Part shown: in pieces, positions 18,820 through 24,000 of the stretch
Position numbering within the stretch: the first letter of the stretch is position 1
Layout of the letters: each line of letters begins with the position of its first letter
DNA from: Desulfogranum japonicum DSM 18378
GTDB lineage: Bacteria > Desulfobacterota > Desulfobulbia > Desulfobulbales > Desulfobulbaceae
Direction of reading: 5' to 3'
NCBI RefSeq assembly: GCF_000429945.1
Contig: NZ_AUCV01000033.1
Location: 1-24,000 of the forward strand
Length of the DNA stretch: 24,000 nt
Notes under the pieces: model-generated
Seen by the model: only the letters and a program-made list of their open reading frames with translations
What the model was told of the DNA's origin: nothing
Database searches by the model: none
Position numbers and translations under genes: made by a program

Positions 18820-19270
18820 GACGACAATATCTGTTAAGTCTTAATGTGCACGAGGTGATTTGCACTATGTTTATCCCCTGTTGCAGGGGTGTTGCATTTT
18901 CCTGTATTACCTTCAATTCGGAGGCAATGATCAGTGTCTCAGTTAACTCTGAAAATCACACTGACACGTTGGTGAAAAAATGCAGTATTTGCTGGAGACT
19001 GCTTTCATCACTATCAGTGCCTTCCATAAACAGGCCGTGAAGATCATGTTGACGTACAAAATACCAATTATGACAACATGATAAATCAAAAGAGCCATTT
19101 TGGAATAGAATTTTGTAGGTTTTGGTAATCTGACTTTTCCTCTCTGTCAATATTTCTCTTCAGTAAGGAGATGGTGTGATCTAGTATTTCAATCAGAAAA
19201 ATCACGGTTTAGAGCTTGCAGTTTGTTTGATTTTAAAATTTTGCTCACGTATACTTGAGTCAAGCAGATA

Positions 19271-19666
19271 ATGTCGAATGTATTTCAATCCGAGACAGGG
19301 ACAATGTGGTATTCGATCTATTCCGTTGGCGATGTAGATATTGATCAGGAACATGCTAATATCGATTTTATGCTCTCAGTTCTTTCTGTAGATGACTCTC
19401 AGTTCAAGGATCAGATACAATATCTGGTTAAGGCTCTTGCCCTGCACTTTGTCAATGAAGAGAAAATAGCAGATGCCAGGGGATACAATATGAGCGATGG
19501 ACATCGGCAGGAGCACCGACGGGTTACAGCGCAATTGGAAGCGATAATGGATTCTTTGCAGGGAAAAAAAGTCGATCCTGTTACGGTTGCTCAAAATCTT
19601 CAGGATACCCTGCGGGAACATATTCTGGAATATGATCGATACCTGACTGCTCCTGAATTTTTTTGA
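19271..19666 (+). CDS. hemerythrin-like metal-binding protein (bacteriohemerythrin family)
   Basis: 131 aa. W..YSVGDVDIDQEH (N-terminal His/Glu motif), HFVNEE, GHRQEH and REHILEYD match the spacing of the diiron ligands. Confidence 0.8.
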   Translation: MSNVFQSETGTMWYSIYSVGDVDIDQEHANIDFMLSVLSVDDSQFKDQIQYLVKALALHFVNEEKIADARGYNMSDGHRQEHRRVTAQLEAIMDSLQGKKVDPVTVAQNLQDTLREHILEYDRYLTAPEFF

Positions 19667-19787
19667 ATCAAGCCTGTTACTATACTCTCCCTCTCCTGGA
19701 AATTTCTTCCTTGGATTCTTTCCCATTGTATTTATAGTACCTGCTATGTGGCAATAGCGTATCGTATATATCAACGGGGGAAGCATC

Positions 19788-20636
19788 ATGCAGCAATCAT
19801 CGAAACTGGACCTGGGATCTATAACAATTCATTGGCTACAGGGAGGCTATAACCAGCTGGATGGCGGCGCCATGTTTGGCGCAGTGCCCAAAATCCTATG
19901 GAGCAAAAAATGTCCCCCTGATGCAGAGAATTACCTGAGTTATCGCAATGATCCGTTGCTGATTCAGACAGATCGGGCCAATATCGTGATTGATACCGGA
20001 CTTGGTAATAAGCTGACGGAAAAACAACAGAAAATTTATCGCGTGTCCCAAGCCTGGGATGTCCCCACCTCTCTATCTCTGCATGGTTTGAGGCGGGAGG
20101 ATATTGATTATGTTATTTTTACCCATGGCGATTTTGACCATGCCGGTGGCGTGGCCCTGCGTAATGACAGTGGTGAACTGGAGCTCACCTTTCCAAAGGC
20201 ACGACATATCATGCAGCGCAGTGAGTGGGAGGATATTTGTGAACCGAATATCCGGGCTGCACACACGTATTTCCCGCTGAATTTCCAGACATTGGCAGAA
20301 AGCGGATTGCTGGAACTGGTCGAAGGAGATGCGGATATCGTTACCGGAGTGCGCGTCCGGCACAGTGGCGGGCATACCAGGGGACACCAGATAGTGGAGT
20401 TGACAGGGAGCCGGGGCTGTGCCGTTCATCTGGGAGACCTTTTACCCACCCATAATCATTCCAACCCGTTATGGGTGATGTCTTACGATAATTTTCCCTT
20501 GGACGTGGTAGCTAAGAGAACAGAATTTTTTGAAGAATATAAGGGGAAAAACAGCTGGTTCACTTTTTACCACGATTTTGATCTACGGGCATGTATCCTG
20601 GATGAAAAAAATGGTGTGCTTGAAGAGCTGAGATAA
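19788..20636 (+). CDS. MBL-fold metallo-hydrolase
   Basis: 282 aa. VIFTHGDFDHAGG is an HxHxDH-type motif, here H-G-D-F-D-H. Downstream His/Asp ligands (RHSGGHTRGH, HLGD). GGGGGAAG RBS. Confidence 0.8.
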   Translation: MQQSSKLDLGSITIHWLQGGYNQLDGGAMFGAVPKILWSKKCPPDAENYLSYRNDPLLIQTDRANIVIDTGLGNKLTEKQQKIYRVSQAWDVPTSLSLHGLRREDIDYVIFTHGDFDHAGGVALRNDSGELELTFPKARHIMQRSEWEDICEPNIRAAHTYFPLNFQTLAESGLLELVEGDADIVTGVRVRHSGGHTRGHQIVELTGSRGCAVHLGDLLPTHNHSNPLWVMSYDNFPLDVVAKRTEFFEEYKGKNSWFTFYHDFDLRACILDEKNGVLEELR

Positions 20637-20663
20637 AAAGTTTGGATTCAAAGGAACAAATAT

Positions 20664-21683
20664 ATGCCGTTGTATATAGACTTACGCAGTGATACCGTGA
20701 CCCCGCCCACCGATGCCATGCGGCGGGTTATGGCTGACGCGGTGGTCGGAGATGATGTGTATGGTGAAGACCCCACCATACGAGAGCTGGAGGAATACTG
20801 TGCAGACCTGCTGGGCAAGGAAGCTGCACTGTTTACGACCAGTGGGACACAGGGCAATCTGTTAGGCATTATGGTTCATTGTCAGCGTGGAGATGAGTAT
20901 ATTGTAGGTCAACAAGCCCACGCATACAGGTATGAGGCTGGTGGAGCAGCCATACTCGCTTCTGTGCAGCCGCAGCCTCTGAATTTTGAGTCAGACGGTA
21001 CTCTGGACCTGAAAAAGGTGACTGCAGCGATCAAGCCGGATGATGTCCACTTTGCCCGTACCCGACTCCTCTGTCTGGAAAATACCCATAATGGAATGGC
21101 CTTGCCTCTGGGATATGTGCAAGAGGCTGCCAAAGTTGCGGCCATGAATCAGCTTAAGCTTCATCTGGATGGAGCCAGATTGTTTAATGCTGCAGTTTTT
21201 CTTGATGTGCCGGTAAAACAGCTTGTTCAGGGTGTAGATACGGTATCCGTGTGCCTTTCAAAGGGTTTGGGGGCGCCGGTCGGTTCTCTGTTGTGTGGCA
21301 GTTACCAGGCCATTCACGAGGCGCGTAAGTGGCGTAAAATGCTTGGAGGAGGCCTGCGGCAGGCAGGTATCCTGGCTGCAGCAGGACTGTATGCGTTGCA
21401 ACAGCATGTTTCCCGTTTGCAGGAAGATCACACCCATGCCGCGTTACTTGCCCAAGGGCTGACCGGAATCCCTGGCATAGAGGTGCAATTTGGGAAATTA
21501 CAGACCAATATGGTATTTATCAAAACCTCGGAGCAACATGCCCGTGGGTTGAGCCAATATTTGAAAGAGCACAATATTCTCATTGGTACAGGCAACCCCA
21601 TCCGTCTTGTCACTCACCTGGGAATCAGTGGCAAAGACATTGAGCAGGTAATTGCGTGTTGCAGAGCATTTTTTAAGAACTAA
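20664..21683 (+). CDS. ltaE: low-specificity L-threonine aldolase
   Basis: 339 aa. [42 protein letters not shown]-lysine context [14 protein letters not shown]. Confidence 0.9.
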   Translation: MPLYIDLRSDTVTPPTDAMRRVMADAVVGDDVYGEDPTIRELEEYCADLLGKEAALFTTSGTQGNLLGIMVHCQRGDEYIVGQQAHAYRYEAGGAAILASVQPQPLNFESDGTLDLKKVTAAIKPDDVHFARTRLLCLENTHNGMALPLGYVQEAAKVAAMNQLKLHLDGARLFNAAVFLDVPVKQLVQGVDTVSVCLSKGLGAPVGSLLCGSYQAIHEARKWRKMLGGGLRQAGILAAAGLYALQQHVSRLQEDHTHAALLAQGLTGIPGIEVQFGKLQTNMVFIKTSEQHARGLSQYLKEHNILIGTGNPIRLVTHLGISGKDIEQVIACCRAFFKN

Positions 21684-21685
21684 TC

Positions 21686-21856
21686 AGTTAAGGGCCACCG
21701 AAAAAAATAGATTATCCAATCTTGCTTGTCTCTCAACTCTGTAACGTCGTCGCGTCAATGGCTCAATACGGCCAGTATGGAACCATTGACGCGACGACGT
21801 TACCAAACCGATATCCTACGCTATTTTTGGACATGTAGTATTTTCCGCGACCCTAA
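21686..21856 (+). repeat. nested-palindrome MITE-like repeat, copy B (full length, intact)
   Basis: Same family as 4239-4408. Perfect 21-bp central stem GTAACGTCGTCGCGTCAATGG (21741-21761) / CCATTGACGCGACGACGTTAC (21783-21803) with a 21-nt loop. Termini TTAAGGGCCACCGAAAAAAATA / TATTTTCCGCGACCCTAA. Fills the whole gap between convergent ltaE and the HAD gene. Confidence 0.8.
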
Positions 21857-22491
21857 AGAATCTCAAGTTGTACTTTTTCCGAAGTAGTGGTTTCTTTTGG
21901 AAAAATATTATCTGCATCAGGTGGAACAATGCCTAAAAATTGAATCCCTGTACGTTGAGCAGCTTTGTAATCTGCCATGGCATCACCAATAAAGAGGCTG
22001 GCTGTGGGCTGGAAAGAATATTTTTCCAGAATTTCCGACACAATCACATGCTTTGCCCGGGGTGAACCATGCACTTCCTGAAAATAGGGAGCAAGACCTT
22101 TCTGCTCAACAATCAGGTTCATTTCTGCATGCGGGGTTCCGGAGACCACAAAAGCAGGAATCTTTTGTTGCTGTAAGCTTGTCAGCGATTCCATTGCACC
22201 AGGTATAAAGGGAGCCTGAATAACTTCATCCACCACCAGTTGAGAGAATTGTTGCCCAATCCTGTCTATTTCCTGTTCATCTGGATGTTGGCCAAGCAGT
22301 TCAGTCAGGTAATACCGGATTTTTTCTGAACGCGGCATGCCGCCATTATCCAGATGATATTGCACGACCTGGTGGCAGATGTCTTCACCATATTGGCTGA
22401 AAAGCTGACGAAATGCACGTGTTTTCACAGCAACTGATCTGGCGATGACACCATCAAAATCAAAAAAAACAGCCTGCCATTGTATGCTCAT
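21853..22491 (-). CDS. HAD-superfamily hydrolase (phosphatase, subfamily IA-like)
   Basis: 212 aa. Motif I FFDFDGVI near the N-terminus. VVSGTP (motif II-like). FIGDAMADYKAA (motif IV). Confidence 0.85.
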   Translation of the reverse strand: MSIQWQAVFFDFDGVIARSVAVKTRAFRQLFSQYGEDICHQVVQYHLDNGGMPRSEKIRYYLTELLGQHPDEQEIDRIGQQFSQLVVDEVIQAPFIPGAMESLTSLQQQKIPAFVVSGTPHAEMNLIVEQKGLAPYFQEVHGSPRAKHVIVSEILEKYSFQPTASLFIGDAMADYKAAQRTGIQFLGIVPPDADNIFPKETTTSEKVQLEIL

Positions 22492-22508
22492 TTTTTGGAA
22501 AACACGTA

Positions 22509-22910
22509 TTAATTTTCAACATGGTCATCTGGATTCTGCTCGTACTTCATTGCCAGAAGCAGGGCTTTCAGGCCCACAGCCTGGACAGCGGTTTGACATT
22601 CATCGTGGTGATAGCACCCTGCCATGACAGAGGCAAACTGAGAACCTAGAAAAAGAACTTCTGTATCCTGTTCCCGCTCAAGAATAGAGAGGCATTGCCG
22701 GGGTTGATTATCTTCCACAGCCTTGAGTATGGCGTTGAGCCATTCAAGTTTTTCTTCGGAGAAATGGAATTCCGCCATGGCCTGTGCATAGATGGAGATA
22801 ATTGATGCTCGATGATCATACAAGGTGTCGGCATCGTCATTTTCAGCAGCCTCAAGAACCACGTTGATTTCATCAAGTAGATCGTCCATTTCAAAAGTTT
22901 GTTCGGACAT
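22509..22910 (-). CDS. hypothetical acidic protein
   Basis: 133 aa with a strong AAGGAGAA RBS 6 nt upstream of the ATG. Very acidic N-terminus (EMDDLLDEINVVLEAAENDDAD), predicted helical. No motif recognised. Sits between pta and the HAD gene on the same strand. Confidence 0.6.
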   Translation of the reverse strand: MSEQTFEMDDLLDEINVVLEAAENDDADTLYDHRASIISIYAQAMAEFHFSEEKLEWLNAILKAVEDNQPRQCLSILEREQDTEVLFLGSQFASVMAGCYHHDECQTAVQAVGLKALLLAMKYEQNPDDHVEN

Positions 22911-23044
22911 GTGTATTCTCCTTGGAGAGGGATGCAGGTAAAGTGCAGGAACAGGCGCTCCGCAGGGAACTGGAATCCCGGGATGTTGTTGCTGCCATTT
23001 GATATACTGTCAGTATAGACTGTTGTTTCAATATTACCCAACAG

Positions 23045-24000
23045 TTATTGTAAGCTTTTGTGTTTCCTGTTGCTTGCCTGGGCCTGAATAGCTGTGATGG
23101 CAACCGTATTGACTATATCTGGAACCAGACACCCTCTGCTCAAGTCGTTTACCGGTTTATTGAGGCCCTGCAGGATTGGTCCTATGGCGACCGCACCTGA
23201 AGATCTTTGCACAGCTTTATAGGTGTTGTTTCCCGTATTCAGATCCGGAAAGATAAACACGGTTGCCTTTCCCGCAACCTGGCTGTCCGGCATTTTTTTA
23301 CTGGCTACTGTGGCATCAATGGCCGCGTCATACTGGATAGGTCCATCGATGGGTAAGCCTGGACGGCGTTGATGGACAATATCCACAGCTTTTCGCACCA
23401 TGTCAACGTCCTCCCCCTGTCCGGATTTACCGCTGGAGTAGGATAACATGGCTACCATTGGTTCAATACCGAACATAGCGGCGGTGTCCGCAGAACTTAT
23501 AGCAATTTCAGCAAGTTCTTCGCTGTCTGGGTTGGGATTTACAGCGCAGTCTCCGTATACCAGAACTCTGGTATCCATACACATAAAGAAGACACTGGAG
23601 ACCAGGAGTACGTCCGGCGGTGTCCGTATAATCTGGAAAGCTGGCCTGATGGTATGCTGGGTGGTGTGGGCAGCACCGGACACCATTCCATCCGCCTTGT
23701 CCAGGTAGACCATCATAGTGCCGAAATAACTTACATCGGCAATGCGATCATAAGCATACTCTGCCGTCATACCCTTGTCTTTCCGTAATTCATACAGTTT
23801 GCAGGCAAATTCATCACGCAAGGGCGATGTTTGGGGATCGATAACGTTGACATCCTGCAGCCTGAGTCCGAGTTGTGTGGCCCGGTTGTGCACCTGATCC
23901 TGATCACCAAGAATAGTGAGGTCGACGACATCACGCAGGCGGAGAATTTCCGCTGCCCGAAGAATCCGGTCGTCACTGCCTTCGGGGAGGACTATGTGCT
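23045..24000 (-). CDS. pta: phosphate acetyltransferase (partial; N-terminus beyond the right window edge)
   Basis: DGMVSGAAHTTQHTIRPAFQIIRT, VYGDCAVNPNP and GPILQGLNKPVNDLSRG are PTA_PTB signatures. The frame stays open upstream of the track's GTG: 23894-23998 reads HIVLPEGSDDRILRAAEILRLRDVVDLTILGDQDQ. Confidence 0.9.
   Translation of the reverse strand, partial: HIVLPEGSDDRILRAAEILRLRDVVDLTILGDQDQVHNRATQLGLRLQDVNVIDPQTSPLRDEFACKLYELRKDKGMTAEYAYDRIADVSYFGTMMVYLDKADGMVSGAAHTTQHTIRPAFQIIRTPPDVLLVSSVFFMCMDTRVLVYGDCAVNPNPDSEELAEIAISSADTAAMFGIEPMVAMLSYSSGKSGQGEDVDMVRKAVDIVHQRRPGLPIDGPIQYDAAIDATVASKKMPDSQVAGKATVFIFPDLNTGNNTYKAVQRSSGAVAIGPILQGLNKPVNDLSRGCLVPDIVNTVAITAIQAQASNRKHKSLQ

Noticed and set aside
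18846-19150. ORFs 18846-19040 (+, 64 aa) and 18956-19150 (-, 64 aa) in the moxR/hemerythrin intergenic region
   Set aside because: They have GTG and TTG starts without a convincing RBS, overlap each other, and show no motifs. The region is more simply a divergent promoter region. A small protein cannot be excluded.
21741-21803. Calling the 21-bp perfect hairpin in repeat copy B a canonical intrinsic terminator
   Set aside because: No U-tract follows the stem on either strand, so I did not annotate it as a terminator feature. A role in 3'-end formation is left as a testable idea.

Overview
This looks like a chromosomal segment of roughly 47-48% GC by eye. It has 20 supportable protein genes and no rRNA, tRNA or CRISPR. 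All calls rest on motif recognition by eye; no database search or folding was run.

Gene content, left to right:
- A truncated unknown gene (-).
- A Trm112-like/SAM-methyltransferase plus cytoplasmic molybdopterin (bis-MGD) oxidoreductase operon (-).
- A 1.36-kb gene-free gap (3676-5034) full of repeats.
- A stand-alone PilZ protein (+).
- A signal-peptide / PKD-like / beta-barrel outer-membrane protein (-).
- A 1212-aa FAD-oxidase + 2x[4Fe-4S] + 2xCCG fusion, YdiJ/GlcDF-like (-).
- A YmdB-type macro domain protein (+).
- A complete MoxR-DUF58-DUF4381-BatA-BatB/C-BatD aerotolerance-type operon (-, 11.7-18.8 kb).
- A hemerythrin-like protein, an MBL hydrolase and a threonine aldolase (+).
- pta (partial), an acidic hypothetical protein and a HAD hydrolase (-).

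The gene content suggests an anaerobe of the Desulfobacterota type; this is inference only.

I see no convincing new multi-gene system: no defence, phage, secretion or biosynthetic-cluster signatures. The structure the ORF track does not explain is mostly non-coding:
1. A nested-palindrome MITE-like repeat family with three copies: two of about 170 bp and one 75-bp internally deleted copy inside the bat operon.
2. A different 150-bp element with 21-bp terminal inverted repeats and 8-bp flanking direct repeats, sitting in the PilZ leader.
3. A perfect (CAGCAA)n microsatellite encoding 23 consecutive Gln in the BatB/C fusion.
4. Two unassigned regions (210-623 and 3676-4238) with strong hairpins, repeated motifs and possible small ORFs.
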